DNA from: Burkholderiales bacterium
GTDB lineage: Bacteria; Pseudomonadota; Gammaproteobacteria; Burkholderiales; SG8-39
DNA: 30,453 nucleotides
Assembly (NCBI GenBank): GCA_035637375.1
Contig: DASPXL010000122.1
Coordinates: 1 to 30,453 of the forward strand
Direction: 5' to 3'
The translations under genes were made by a program, and so were the position numbers. A model generated the notes under the pieces. That model saw nothing but the letters and a program-made list of their open reading frames with translations. It was not told the DNA's origin and made no database searches. Below, one piece after another: positions 13,817 through 24,162 of the stretch (its first letter is position 1; each line of letters opens with the position of its first letter).

Positions 13817-15889
13817 TCAGACCATCAGCGGCACGATCAGCAGCGCGACGATATTGATGATCTTGATGAGCGGATTGACCGCGGGGCCGGCGGTGTCCTT
13901 GTAGGGGTCGCCGACCGTATCGCCGGTAACCGCGGCCTTGTGCGCGTCGGAGCCCTTGCCACCGTGGTGGCCGTCCTCAATGTATTTCTTGGCGTTGTCC
14001 CAGGCGCCGCCGCCCGTGGTCATCGAGATCGCGACGAAGAGCCCCGTGACGATCGAGCCCATCAGCACACCGCCCAGCGCCTGCGGCCCGAGCAGCAAGC
14101 CCACCACGATCGGCACGAGCACCGGAAGCAGCGACGGCACGATCATCTCCTTGATCGCCGCGCGGGTGAGCATGTCTACCGCTACGCCGTACTCGGGCTT
14201 GGCCTTGCCCTTCATGATCCCGGGGATCTCCTTGAACTGGCGCCGCACCTCGATCACCACCGCCCCCGCGGCGCGCCCGACCGCTTCCATCGCCATCGAG
14301 CCGAACAGGTAAGGCACGAGACCGCCGATGAACAGGCCGATGATCACCATGTGGTTCGACAAATCGAAGGACAAGGATTTGCCCGCGTGGTCGAGGGCGT
14401 GGGTGTAGTCGGCAAAGAGGACCAGCGCCGCAAGGCCCGCCGAGCCGATGGCATAGCCTTTGGTCACCGCCTTGGTGGTGTTGCCGACCGCGTCCAGCGG
14501 GTCCGTGATGGCGCGCACCGAGTCGGGCAGATCCGCCATCTCGGCGATTCCGCCCGCGTTGTCGGTGATCGGGCCGTACGCATCGAGCGCGACGATGATC
14601 CCGGTCATCGACAGCATCGCGGTAGCGGCGATGGCGATGCCGTAGAGCCCCGCGAGCTTGTAGGCGATGAGAATCGCGGCGCATACGGCGATCACCGGCC
14701 ACGCGGTCGATTTCATCGATACGCCCAGACCCGCGATGATATTGGTCGCGTGCCCGGTCGTGGAGGCCTGCGCTACGTGGCGTACGGGCGAATACTCGGT
14801 TGCGGTGTAATACTCCGTGATGACGACCATCAGCGCGGTGAGAACAAGGCCGACGAGTGCCGCGCCCCACAGGTGCCAGATCGTGATCATCTGCTTGACG
14901 CCGAGGATCTCGAACGGCACGTCCTTCACCAGATTGCCCATGATCTTCCAGGTCACCGGGATGAATAGGATCGCAGCGATCACCCCGGCGACGATTACCC
15001 CGCGATAGAGCGCGCTCATGATTTTCTTGCCCGGTTTCGCCTTGACGAACATGCAGCCGATGATCGAGGCGATGATCGAAACACCGCCGAGCGCGAGCGG
15101 ATAGATGACCGCCGCGTCGGAGTCGGTCTTCACCATCAGCGCGCCGAGGAGCATCGTAGCGATCAAGGTCACCGCGAAGGTCTCGAACAGGTCCGCCGCC
15201 ATGCCGGCGCAGTCGCCCACGTTGTCGCCGACGTTGTCGGCGATCACCGCGGGATTGCGCGGGTCGTCCTCGGGAATGCCCGCTTCGACCTTGCCGACGA
15301 GATCCGCGCCGACGTCCGCGCCCTTGGTGAAGATGCCCCCGCCGAGCCGCGCGAAGATCGAGATGAGCGACCCGCCGAATCCCAGGCCCACGAGCGGCCT
15401 GATGACTTCGCTCAAGGCGGCGCCAGGCGCCGCCGAAGCCGCCATGATCGCGTAGTAACTCGCGACGCCCAGCAGACCGAGGCCCACGACGAGGAGACCG
15501 GTGATCGCGCCGCCGCGGAAGGCAAGCGTCAGCGCCTCGTTCAGCCCTACGCGCGCGGCTTCCGCGGTGCGCACGTTGGAGCGCACCGAGATGTTCATGC
15601 CGATGTAACCGGTCGCTCCCGACAGGATCGCGCCGACGGCGAATCCCCAGGCGGTCGCCCAGCCCAGGCCGGGCACAAGGCCGATCACCAGGAACAGGAT
15701 CACGCCGACGATGCCGATGGTCGTGTACTGCCGATTGAGGTAGGCCATCGCGCCGGTCTGAATGGCTTGCGCGATCTCGCGCATGCGATCGTTGCCGGTG
15801 GGCTGCTGCAGGATCCAGGATATTTGCCAGCCGCCGTAGGCGAGCGCCGCCGCGCCGCAGCCGATGGCGAGCCACAGACCTCCGCTCAT
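13817..15889 (-). CDS. hppA: Membrane-integral H+-translocating pyrophosphatase, K+-independent type
   Basis: [74 protein letters not shown] (Lys), [22 protein letters not shown]. Confidence 0.96.
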   Translation of the reverse strand: MSGGLWLAIGCGAAALAYGGWQISWILQQPTGNDRMREIAQAIQTGAMAYLNRQYTTIGIVGVILFLVIGLVPGLGWATAWGFAVGAILSGATGYIGMNISVRSNVRTAEAARVGLNEALTLAFRGGAITGLLVVGLGLLGVASYYAIMAASAAPGAALSEVIRPLVGLGFGGSLISIFARLGGGIFTKGADVGADLVGKVEAGIPEDDPRNPAVIADNVGDNVGDCAGMAADLFETFAVTLIATMLLGALMVKTDSDAAVIYPLALGGVSIIASIIGCMFVKAKPGKKIMSALYRGVIVAGVIAAILFIPVTWKIMGNLVKDVPFEILGVKQMITIWHLWGAALVGLVLTALMVVITEYYTATEYSPVRHVAQASTTGHATNIIAGLGVSMKSTAWPVIAVCAAILIAYKLAGLYGIAIAATAMLSMTGIIVALDAYGPITDNAGGIAEMADLPDSVRAITDPLDAVGNTTKAVTKGYAIGSAGLAALVLFADYTHALDHAGKSLSFDLSNHMVIIGLFIGGLVPYLFGSMAMEAVGRAAGAVVIEVRRQFKEIPGIMKGKAKPEYGVAVDMLTRAAIKEMIVPSLLPVLVPIVVGLLLGPQALGGVLMGSIVTGLFVAISMTTGGGAWDNAKKYIEDGHHGGKGSDAHKAAVTGDTVGDPYKDTAGPAVNPLIKIINIVALLIVPLMV

Positions 15890-15943
15890 AGACTTCTCCT
15901 CTGATTGAGGGCCCTTGTCCCGGACCTGGGTGAAAAGCGCGAA

Positions 15944-15952
15944 ATTATAGCA
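15944..15952 (-). promoter_or_regulatory. Extended -10 (TGcTATAAT) for hppA
   Basis: Perfect extended -10 in the pfp-hppA spacer. Confidence 0.6.
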
Positions 15953-15967
15953 GCAGGAAACCCGAAT

Positions 15968-17227
15968 CTAAATCTTGAAGGGGGGAAGCTTTTTCGGGAC
16001 CGGCGTATTTTTGAGTTTCACGTAGTCGGGCAGCCCGTTCTTGTACGGCGGCGGCGACTCACCCTGGATCAGCGGCGAGAGATAGGCGCGGCACTTCGGC
16101 GTGATGTGGAAGCCATCATCGGTGATGAAGTCGCGCGGCATCATCTTTTCCTTGTTGGCGATATCGGCAAGGTTTGCGACCACGATGCGCCAGCGATAGG
16201 GCTTGTTCGACACGCGCTCGATCACCGGCATCACCGCATTCCTGCCCGCGATCGCAAACTTCACCGCGGCGACGCCGAGCTTGTAAGATTGCTCGACGTC
16301 CACCTTCGAGGCGATATGGCGCGCCGCGCGCTGCAGATAGTCGGCGAGCGCCCAGTGGTATTTGTAGCCCAGGCGGTCCTTGACGAGCTTGGCGATGATC
16401 TCGCCCGCGCCGCCCAGCTGCGAATGGCCGAACGCGTCCTTCAGACCGGTCTCGGAAAGGAACTTTCCTTCCCTGTTGCGCAGCCCCTCGGACACGGCGA
16501 TCGCACAGTAGCCGTCGCGTTCCACGACCTCCTTCACGCGCGCGAGGAACTTCTCCTCGTCGAACTGGATCTCCGGAAAAAGCAGGATCTGCGGCGCGTC
16601 GCCCTCCCTGTCGGCCGCGAGACCGCAAGCCGCGGTGATCCATCCCGCGTGACGGCCCATGACCTCCATGACGAAGACCCGGGTTGAGGTCTTCGCCATC
16701 GAGGCGACGTCGAAGCCCGCCTCGCGGATCGAGGTCGCGACGTACTTCGCCACCGAGCCGAAGCCGGGGCAGTTGTCGGTGACCGCCAAGTCGTTGTCGA
16801 CGGTCTTGGGAATGCCTACGCAGACGAGCGGGTAGCCGAGTTTCTCGCCGACTTGCGAGATTTTCCACGCGGTGTCGGCGGAGTCGTTGCCGCCGTTGTA
16901 GAAGAAATAGCCGATGTCGTGGGCGCGGAACACGTCGATCAGACGCTCATAGTGCGCGCGGTTTTCCTCGATGCCCTTCAGCTTGTAGCGGCACGAGCCG
17001 AACGCGCCGCCGGGCGTCGTCTTGAGCCTGGCGATGAAAGACGCGGGTTCCCTGCTCGTGTCGATCAGGTCTTCGCTGAGCGCGCCGATGATGCCGTCGC
17101 GGCCGGCGTAGACCTTGCCGATGCGGCTCCTGTGCTTGCGCGCGGTCTCGATCACTCCGGCCGCGCTCGCGTTGATGACGGCGGTCACCCCGCCCGATTG
17201 TGCATAGAAAGCATTTCTCGGTTTCAT
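15968..17227 (-). CDS. pfp: Phosphofructokinase, PPi-dependent signature
   Basis: YAQSGGVTAVIN, FGSCR, NGGNDS (Asp at the G/D specificity position), PKTVDNDL (Lys), EVMGRHAGW. Confidence 0.88.
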   Translation of the reverse strand: MKPRNAFYAQSGGVTAVINASAAGVIETARKHRSRIGKVYAGRDGIIGALSEDLIDTSREPASFIARLKTTPGGAFGSCRYKLKGIEENRAHYERLIDVFRAHDIGYFFYNGGNDSADTAWKISQVGEKLGYPLVCVGIPKTVDNDLAVTDNCPGFGSVAKYVATSIREAGFDVASMAKTSTRVFVMEVMGRHAGWITAACGLAADREGDAPQILLFPEIQFDEEKFLARVKEVVERDGYCAIAVSEGLRNREGKFLSETGLKDAFGHSQLGGAGEIIAKLVKDRLGYKYHWALADYLQRAARHIASKVDVEQSYKLGVAAVKFAIAGRNAVMPVIERVSNKPYRWRIVVANLADIANKEKMMPRDFITDDGFHITPKCRAYLSPLIQGESPPPYKNGLPDYVKLKNTPVPKKLPPFKI

Positions 17228-17233
17228 ATTGCG

Positions 17234-18713
<1,480 letters not shown>

Positions 18714-18741
18714 GCGGGCCGAATTCCAGGCACCGCCTGAC

Positions 18742-18924
18742 CTATTCGACTTCCTCGGTGGGCTCGAGCTTGCGCGCCTCTTCCTCGAGCATCACCGGAA
18801 TATCGTCGCGGATCGGGAATCCGAGGCGGTCAGCTTTGCAGAGCAGCTCGGCCTGCGCCTTGCGATGGACGAGCGGTCCCTTGCAGATCGGGCAGACGAG
18901 GATGTCAAGCAGGCGCGCGTCCAT
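18742..18924 (-). CDS. Trm112-like (YcaR/UPF0434) small protein
   Basis: [18 protein letters not shown]...L.FPIRD.IPVML..EAR, in the usual position between lpxK and kdsB. Confidence 0.92.
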   Translation of the reverse strand: MDARLLDILVCPICKGPLVHRKAQAELLCKADRLGFPIRDDIPVMLEEEARKLEPTEEVE

Positions 18925-19921
18925 GAATGCGTTCCAGAATGAGGTTGCCGAGAACGGGATCGACTTCGGCGTCGACGGACACGGCGATCAGATCGCGCCG
19001 GCCGAAGCGCCGACATTTTACCGCATCCTTCTCCGTCATCAGCACCAGATCGCAGTCGGCGAATTCGAGATCCGCCGGCCGAAACCGGTGATGGTCGGGG
19101 AACGGATGCGCCGCGAAATTCAGGCCCATTCGCGCAAGCTCCTCGAAAAACCGCTTTGGATTGCCGATTCCCGCGACCGCGTGCAGCCTCCTTCCCGACA
19201 GCTCGGAGCGCGCCACGGGTGCAGGCCGCTCGCCGACCCGGTAAAAGCCCGCCGGCATGAGCCGCATGCGGAACGCGCCCGGCTTCGGCTCGGCGCCGTT
19301 CACGACCGTCGCGTCCACGCGACGGCTCGCAGGTTCACGCAAAGGTCCGGCCGGAAGCGGCAGGCCGTTGCCGTGGCCGCGCTCGTCCTCGACCGCAATT
19401 TCAAAATCGCGGCGAAGGCGGTAGTGCTGCAGCCCGTCGTCGCAGAGAATCACGTCGCACTCGGCATGGGCCGCGAGCAGCGCGCGCCCGGCCGCCGCGC
19501 GGTCGGCGCCGACCCACACCGGGCAGCCCGAACGCTCGGCAAGCAGCAACGGCTCATCGCCGACCCGTTCCGCGTCGTCTCCCGCGCTCACCGCACAAGG
19601 CCCGACGGGGGCTCCGCCGTACCCGCGGCTGAGAATCCCGGGGTGTCGTCCTTTGCGGCGAAGGGCTTCGGCCAGCGCGAGGATCAGCGGCGTCTTTCCC
19701 GTGCCGCCCACGGTGAGGTTCCCGACGACGATCACCGGGACGCGAAGCCGTGCCGAGGGCAGCACGCCCACACGGTAGAACAGGCGGCGCAGGGCCGCCA
19801 GGAAGCGAAAGAGAAGCCCCACCGGGACGAGCAGGACCGACACCGGGCTCAGCCGGTACCAGTGGCGCGCGGCGAAGCTCATTGGAGGAACGGGAGCCGG
19901 ACCGCCCGATGCGGCCCTCAT
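18905..19921 (-). CDS. lpxK: Tetraacyldisaccharide 4'-kinase; start 19921 or 19882
   Basis: [69 protein letters not shown]. Confidence 0.96.
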   Translation of the reverse strand: MRAASGGPAPVPPMSFAARHWYRLSPVSVLLVPVGLLFRFLAALRRLFYRVGVLPSARLRVPVIVVGNLTVGGTGKTPLILALAEALRRKGRHPGILSRGYGGAPVGPCAVSAGDDAERVGDEPLLLAERSGCPVWVGADRAAAGRALLAAHAECDVILCDDGLQHYRLRRDFEIAVEDERGHGNGLPLPAGPLREPASRRVDATVVNGAEPKPGAFRMRLMPAGFYRVGERPAPVARSELSGRRLHAVAGIGNPKRFFEELARMGLNFAAHPFPDHHRFRPADLEFADCDLVLMTEKDAVKCRRFGRRDLIAVSVDAEVDPVLGNLILERIHGRAPA

Positions 19922-19922
19922 G

Positions 19923-20339
19923 CTACTTCGTGACTTGCTCCACTGCGAACGCCACCTGGCCGAAGCCCGCCTGTCGCGCCGCGTCCATGACGCGGATCAC
20001 CGACTGATGCGTGGCATTATTGTCGGCGTTGATGACGACGATCGGGCTCTTCATGCCGGCGCCGGCGCGGCGGAGTTCTTCGGCGAGGCTGGGAACATCC
20101 CGGAACTGGATCGGCTTTCGCTGCAGCTGGTATTGCCCGCCGGAGCTGATCGCAACGTTGATTTCGTTGGAACGCTCCAGCTGCTTTTCGGCGTCGGCGC
20201 TCGGCAGATTGATCTGCAGCTCCGCGAACTTGGAGTAGGTCGTCGTCAGCATCAGGAAAATGATGATCACCAGCAGCACGTCGATCATCGGAATCAGGTT
20301 GATTTCCGGATCTTCCTTGGGCCTGCGGGTAAACCTCAT
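19923..20339 (-). CDS. exbD: ExbD/TolR-family biopolymer transport protein
   Basis: EINLIPMIDVLLVIIIFLM single TM helix with the conserved Asp; INAD..A.HQSV..VMDAA. Confidence 0.9.
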   Translation of the reverse strand: MRFTRRPKEDPEINLIPMIDVLLVIIIFLMLTTTYSKFAELQINLPSADAEKQLERSNEINVAISSGGQYQLQRKPIQFRDVPSLAEELRRAGAGMKSPIVVINADNNATHQSVIRVMDAARQAGFGQVAFAVEQVTK

Positions 20340-20971
20340 GCCTCGGCGTGCGGGGGCTGCTGGAAGTCGAAGCGTTCGCCGTGGACCACGTCGACCAGCC
20401 GCGCCGCCTGCTGCTCCATTTCGATCACGAAGGTCTCGACCCGGCCGCGGAAGTGGCGGAAAAAGATCATCGCCGGAATCGCGATCACCAGGCCGAACCC
20501 CGTGTTGTACAGCGCCACGGAAATGCCGTGCGCGAGCTGCTGGGGGTTGGACCCGGAAGGCGACTGCGAGCCGAAAATCTCGATCATGCCGACCACCGTG
20601 CCGAACAGGCCCATGAGAGGGCTGATCGTGGCGATGGTGCCGAGCGTCGTCAGGAAGCGCTCGAGCTCGTGCGCCACGGCGCTACCGGCTTCCTCGATAG
20701 CGTCCTTCATGACTTGGCGGGGACTCTTGTGATTGCGCAAGCCCGAAGCGAGCACCTGCCCTAGCGGGGAATCCTGCGAGAGCTTCTCCAGCATTTCTTC
20801 ACTCACGCCCTGTTTCTCGTACGCCACGAGCACCCTTTCCAGCAGACCGTTTGGAACGATTTTTTCCTTGCGGAGGATGATGAACCGCTCGATGATGAGG
20901 GCAACTGCGATGATCGATACGGCAAGGAGGAAATAGATCGGCCAGCCCGCGGCCTGGATGATGGCGAACAA
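20336..20971 (-). CDS. exbB: MotA/TolQ/ExbB proton-channel protein
   Basis: FAIIQAAGWP..., LGTIA.ISPLMGLFGTV.GMI, GIS.AL..T.FGL.IAIPA. TTG start at 20971 with a GGAG SD; 4-nt overlap with exbD. Confidence 0.9.
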   Translation of the reverse strand: MFAIIQAAGWPIYFLLAVSIIAVALIIERFIILRKEKIVPNGLLERVLVAYEKQGVSEEMLEKLSQDSPLGQVLASGLRNHKSPRQVMKDAIEEAGSAVAHELERFLTTLGTIATISPLMGLFGTVVGMIEIFGSQSPSGSNPQQLAHGISVALYNTGFGLVIAIPAMIFFRHFRGRVETFVIEMEQQAARLVDVVHGERFDFQQPPHAEA

Positions 20972-20999
20972 CAGCGTTCTCCGGGTCAGACCCGCGCCC

Positions 21000-21028
21000 A
21001 CTTTAGCCTGCGACCGGGGATTCGGCAA
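21000..21028 (-). promoter_or_regulatory. Sigma70 promoter for exbB-exbD-lpxK-ycaR-kdsB
   Basis: TTGCCG-17 nt-TAAAGT on the minus strand; AT-rich palindrome GAAATATTTC at 21032-21041 just upstream. Confidence 0.55.
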
Positions 21029-21100
21029 GGCGAAATATTTCAAGAAGATGCGCCGCCCGGGTATGGAAAAAAGCGACGGCGACCGCGCCCATTACGGATG

Positions 21101-21116
21101 CCGAGCACGTGCTCGG
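21101..21116. repeat. Perfect 16-bp intergenic palindrome CCGAGCACGTGCTCGG
   Basis: Read directly from the sequence. Confidence 0.9.
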
Positions 21117-21124
21117 TGCCAAAC

Positions 21125-21161
21125 CCTTATCCACAAATACTGTGGATAAGGTTGTGCATAC
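21125..21161. promoter_or_regulatory. DnaA-box cluster: two perfect inverted boxes plus one 1-mismatch box
   Basis: TTATCCACA at 21127-21135, TGTGGATAA at 21141-21149 and TGTGCATAC at 21153-21161, against consensus TTWTNCACA. Confidence 0.8.
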
Positions 21162-21246
21162 CGGTAGGAAAGCGCGCGTAAGTGAATCGCGCAAAAGGAT
21201 TTTCTCCCTCCTGATGAAAACTTGACCTTTCATTTTTACTATTTCT

Positions 21247-21259
21247 GCTCAATAGCTTA
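21247..21259 (+). promoter_or_regulatory. IHF-like site
   Basis: GCTCAATAGCTTA matches WATCAANNNNTTR at 11 of 13 positions (four are N) and is preceded by a T-rich tract. Confidence 0.35.
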
Positions 21260-21321
21260 CGTCCTGCACTTCGGCCTTTGCATGAGCCGCTCATAGGGAG
21301 CCCAATCGCCGGGCGGCCCAT

Positions 21322-21338
21322 TGTGGATAGGTTACAAT
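21322..21338 (+). promoter_or_regulatory. xseA -10 (TACAAT) with an abutting 1-mismatch DnaA box (TGTGGATAG)
   Basis: Box at 21322-21330, TACAAT at 21333-21338, ATG at 21345. Confidence 0.6.
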
Positions 21339-21344
21339 CGGCCG

Positions 21345-22700
21345 ATGCGCGCAGAACAAGCACTGGCGCGGGTTTCCACGCCGTCTCCCCGGGAAATTCT
21401 CACCGTTTCAGCCCTTATTCGCAGCGTCCGGGACCTGATCGAGCATCGCTATCCCTTGCTCTGGGTTGCCGGCGAGATATCCAATTTCACCACCGCCAAG
21501 TCCGGACACGCCTATTTCGTCCTGAAAGACGAGCACGCGCAAGCGCGCTGCGTGATGTTCAGGCACCGGCACCGGGGTCTCGAATGGCTGCCGCGAGACG
21601 GGCTGCAGGTCGAAGCGCAGGTGCTCGTGACGATGTACGAGCCGCGCGGCGACTTTCAGCTCAACGTCGAAACCATGCGGCGCGCCGGACGCGGCGCGCT
21701 GTTCGAGGCTTTCCTGAGGCTTCGCGAGAGGCTCGAGAAAGAGGGCCTGTTCGAAACGGAAAAGAAGCGGCAGCTCCCCCCTTTCCCGCGCACGATCGGC
21801 GTGGTGACTTCGCGGGAGGCGGCAGCCTTGCGGGATGTGCTCACGACGCTCGAGCGGCGCGACCCGTCGGTCGCGGTCGTCCTCTTCCCGGTGAGGGTCC
21901 AGGGCGAGGGCGCGGCGGAGGAAATCGCAGCCGCGCTCGGAACCGCCGGCCGGCGGGGGGAGTGCGAGGTCCTGCTGCTGGTGCGCGGCGGCGGCAGCAT
22001 CGAGGACATGTGGGCGTTCAACGAAGAAATCGTGGCGCGCGCCGTTCGGGCGTGCCCGATTCCTGTCGTCACCGGCATCGGCCACGAGACGGACTTCACG
22101 ATCGCCGACTTTGCCGCCGACCGGCGCGCGCCCACGCCGACGGCTGCAGCGGAAATGGTGAGCCCGGAACGCACCCAGCTGCTCCACGTCATTTCCAGAC
22201 TGGCGGCACGCATCGGGCTGCGGGCCCGGCACGAGCTCGAGGGCCGCATGCTGCATGTCGACCACCTCGCGCGCAGGCTGGTCCACCCCGGCGCGAGGCT
22301 GCAGGCCCAGGGCGAGCTGCTGGGCCAGCTGCGGCTGAGACTCCGACAAGCCCTTGCCCGGGTGGTCGCAGAGCGGCAATGGCGGATCGCAGCGCTTTTG
22401 CAGCGCAGCCGGGCGCGGCTGCCCAATCTCGACGAACTCTCGGCGAGGTGGGTGCAGGCGATATCCCGGGTACGGGCAGGGACTCGCGCCCGCGTCGAAC
22501 GGGCCGCCGCCGATTGCGCGCGCCTCGCGGCGAGCCTCGCGCACCTGGACCCGGCCGCGGTACTGGAGCGCGGCTACAGCATCGTGCACAAGCTGGACGG
22601 CGGCATCGTGCGCGACAGCGCCGCCCTGGCCGTAGGAGAGTCGGTGGCTCTGCGCTTCGCCAGGGGGCGCGCCCGAGCGCGCATCGCCGCCAAAGACTGA
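21345..22700 (+). CDS. xseA: Exodeoxyribonuclease VII large subunit
   Basis: LTVSAL, WVAGEISNF..A.SGH.YF.LKD, YEPRG.FQL, IGVVTS..AA..D, V.RGGGSIED.WAFNEE, GIGHETD.TI.DF.AD.RA.TPTAAAE, L.RGYSIV. Confidence 0.96.
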   Translation: MRAEQALARVSTPSPREILTVSALIRSVRDLIEHRYPLLWVAGEISNFTTAKSGHAYFVLKDEHAQARCVMFRHRHRGLEWLPRDGLQVEAQVLVTMYEPRGDFQLNVETMRRAGRGALFEAFLRLRERLEKEGLFETEKKRQLPPFPRTIGVVTSREAAALRDVLTTLERRDPSVAVVLFPVRVQGEGAAEEIAAALGTAGRRGECEVLLLVRGGGSIEDMWAFNEEIVARAVRACPIPVVTGIGHETDFTIADFAADRRAPTPTAAAEMVSPERTQLLHVISRLAARIGLRARHELEGRMLHVDHLARRLVHPGARLQAQGELLGQLRLRLRQALARVVAERQWRIAALLQRSRARLPNLDELSARWVQAISRVRAGTRARVERAAADCARLAASLAHLDPAAVLERGYSIVHKLDGGIVRDSAALAVGESVALRFARGRARARIAAKD

Positions 22701-22828
22701 GCGCACGGGATCAAACCCGCGCTCATTCGGAGGCCTTTTCCGCGAACTCGCGCTTGCAATCGGGCCCGCTTTGGACAGAGAATTACGCGGGCCGCGCGCT
22801 TGCGGCTCCGATCATCGGGAGAACGACC

Positions 22829-22927
22829 ATGAAAAATCCGCTTGATTCACTCTGGGGGACGGTCATCAGCGGCTTGATCCTGACCCTGATCCTGCACAAC
22901 ATCGTCTCGTACGCGCTGGGAGGCTGA
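22829..22927 (+). CDS. 32-aa hydrophobic microprotein (single TM helix)
   Basis: MKNPLDSLWGTVISGLILTLILHNIVSYALGG. GGGAG SD 7 nt upstream; its last codons contain the GGAGG SD of the next gene, whose ATG is 1 nt after the stop. Confidence 0.75.
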   Translation: MKNPLDSLWGTVISGLILTLILHNIVSYALGG

Positions 22928-22928
22928 C

Positions 22929-23423
22929 ATGGACTGGGTACCTGCAATCTCTCGCTGGATCCACCTCCTCGCCGGCGTGATGTGGATCGGCCTGCTCTAC
23001 TACTTCAATTTCGTCAATGTCGCGGCGGCGAAGGCGGCAGCGGCCGACGGCACGGCGGCCGGCATCTCCAAACACGTGATGCCCCGCGCGCTGTTCTGGT
23101 TCCGCTGGGCGGCCGTCGTGACCTGGCTTGCGGGAGCGGCGCTGCTGGGACGGCATTTCCTCGACGCGTTCCTGTTCCTGAACAAATCGTATTACGCGAT
23201 CGGCGTCGGTGCCTGGCTTGGAACCATCATGCTGATAAACGTCTGGGGGCTGATCTGGCCCAACCAGAAGAAGATCCTCGGCATGGTGCAGGCGACCGAC
23301 GAGGAAAAGAACAGGGCGCGCCGTGTCGCTTTCCTCGCCTCGCGCACCAATACGATGTTTTCCCTTCCGATGTTGTATTTCATGGCGGCGGGGGCGCACA
23401 CCGCCCTGTTTTACGGCAGATAG
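22929..23423 (+). CDS. PuuD-like (Urate_ox_N) integral membrane protein lacking the cytochrome c domain
   Basis: RWIH..AG..WIGLLYYFNFV, AL.WFRWAA..TW..G, G.WLGTIM..NVW..IWPNQKK, ASRTNT..S.PML.FM resemble the urate hydroxylase PuuD membrane domain; there is no CxxCH. Confidence 0.7.
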   Translation: MDWVPAISRWIHLLAGVMWIGLLYYFNFVNVAAAKAAAADGTAAGISKHVMPRALFWFRWAAVVTWLAGAALLGRHFLDAFLFLNKSYYAIGVGAWLGTIMLINVWGLIWPNQKKILGMVQATDEEKNRARRVAFLASRTNTMFSLPMLYFMAAGAHTALFYGR

Positions 23424-23474
23424 AGCCCGGCAGAGACGGCGCGGACGCGAGCCCCCGCTTCTCCCTGAAGGCCC

Positions 23475-23918
23475 TCAGCGCGCCGCAGGCGCCTTGTCGA
23501 CGCCGAGGATCGTCGCGCCGGACCTGATGCCCTTAGCGGCGAACCAGCCGTGGCTCATTTCCAGCGCGAACTTGGCGGGTGCCGCCGCGCAATGCGAGAT
23601 TTCGGTCCGCGGCTGCATGTCGGCAATGCTGACGACCCTTCCCTTTTCGTCCAGAAACGCCACCGAAAGCGGGATCAGGGTGTTCTTCATCCACATGCAG
23701 TGGATTTCGGCCCGAGGGAACACGAAGAACATGCCTTCATTGGGACCGAGCGCCTTGCGGAACATGAGACCCTGCCCCCGCGTGTCGAAGGTATAGGCCA
23801 CTTCGGCGCGAACGAGGTGGATGCCGGCGGAAAGCTCCACCGTCGGCAGCTGGGCAAAGGCGGTCGCGGCCGCCATGGCGCCCATACAAACCCCGATCTT
23901 CAGGCCAAGCCGTCTCAT
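23475..23918 (-). CDS. DUF192-family exported protein
   Basis: Signal-like N-terminus (AATAFA), AEVA.T...R..GLMFR..L....GM.FVF, MWMKNT.IPLSVAFLD, LEM..GWF. Confidence 0.88.
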   Translation of the reverse strand: MRRLGLKIGVCMGAMAAATAFAQLPTVELSAGIHLVRAEVAYTFDTRGQGLMFRKALGPNEGMFFVFPRAEIHCMWMKNTLIPLSVAFLDEKGRVVSIADMQPRTEISHCAAAPAKFALEMSHGWFAAKGIRSGATILGVDKAPAAR

Positions 23919-23924
23919 ACGCGG

Positions 23925-23957
23925 AAATAAAAAAGGCAGGGCTGGAGGCCCTGCCTT
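23925..23957 (-). terminator. Rho-independent terminator after the Lys-rich microprotein gene
   Basis: Minus strand AAGGCAGGGC-CTCCA-GCCCTGCCTT followed by TTTTATTT. Confidence 0.8.
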
Positions 23958-23976
23958 GGTTTCACCGAAGCGCAAG

Positions 23977-24162
23977 TTACTTCTTTTCGTCCTTCTTGGC
24001 TTCCTTCTTCGCCTTCTTGGCCTTCTTGTCGGACTTCTTGTCGCCCTTCTTCATCTCTTCCTTCTTGTCCGCTGGCTTGGCACCGGTATGGGACATCGCC
24101 AGAGCCGCGCCGCTTGAAACGGCGAACACAGCGGCCACCAGGATGGTGATCAGCTTCCTCAT
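23977..24162 (-). CDS. Secreted Lys-rich low-complexity microprotein (61 aa)
   Basis: Sec signal MRKLITILVAAVFAVSSGAALA, then an xKK-repeat tail. GGAGAGGA SD, own terminator, and a candidate promoter TTGCGC-18-TACAAT (24300-24271). Confidence 0.85.
   Translation of the reverse strand: MRKLITILVAAVFAVSSGAALAMSHTGAKPADKKEEMKKGDKKSDKKAKKAKKEAKKDEKK

Noticed and set aside
13977-15875. 632-aa Arg-rich minus-strand ORF
   Set aside because: Alternative frame of hppA with the typical off-frame Arg/Gly/Pro composition.
21032-21041. GAAATATTTC palindrome as a Fur box for exbB
   Set aside because: It does not match GATAATGATAATCATTATC in length or pattern; it may simply be an UP element.
21029-21344. 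Calling the spacer the chromosomal oriC outright
   Set aside because: There are no adjacent dnaA, dnaN or gidA genes, no 13-mer repeats, no GATC enrichment, and GC skew cannot be judged from 30 kb. It is kept only as a candidate.
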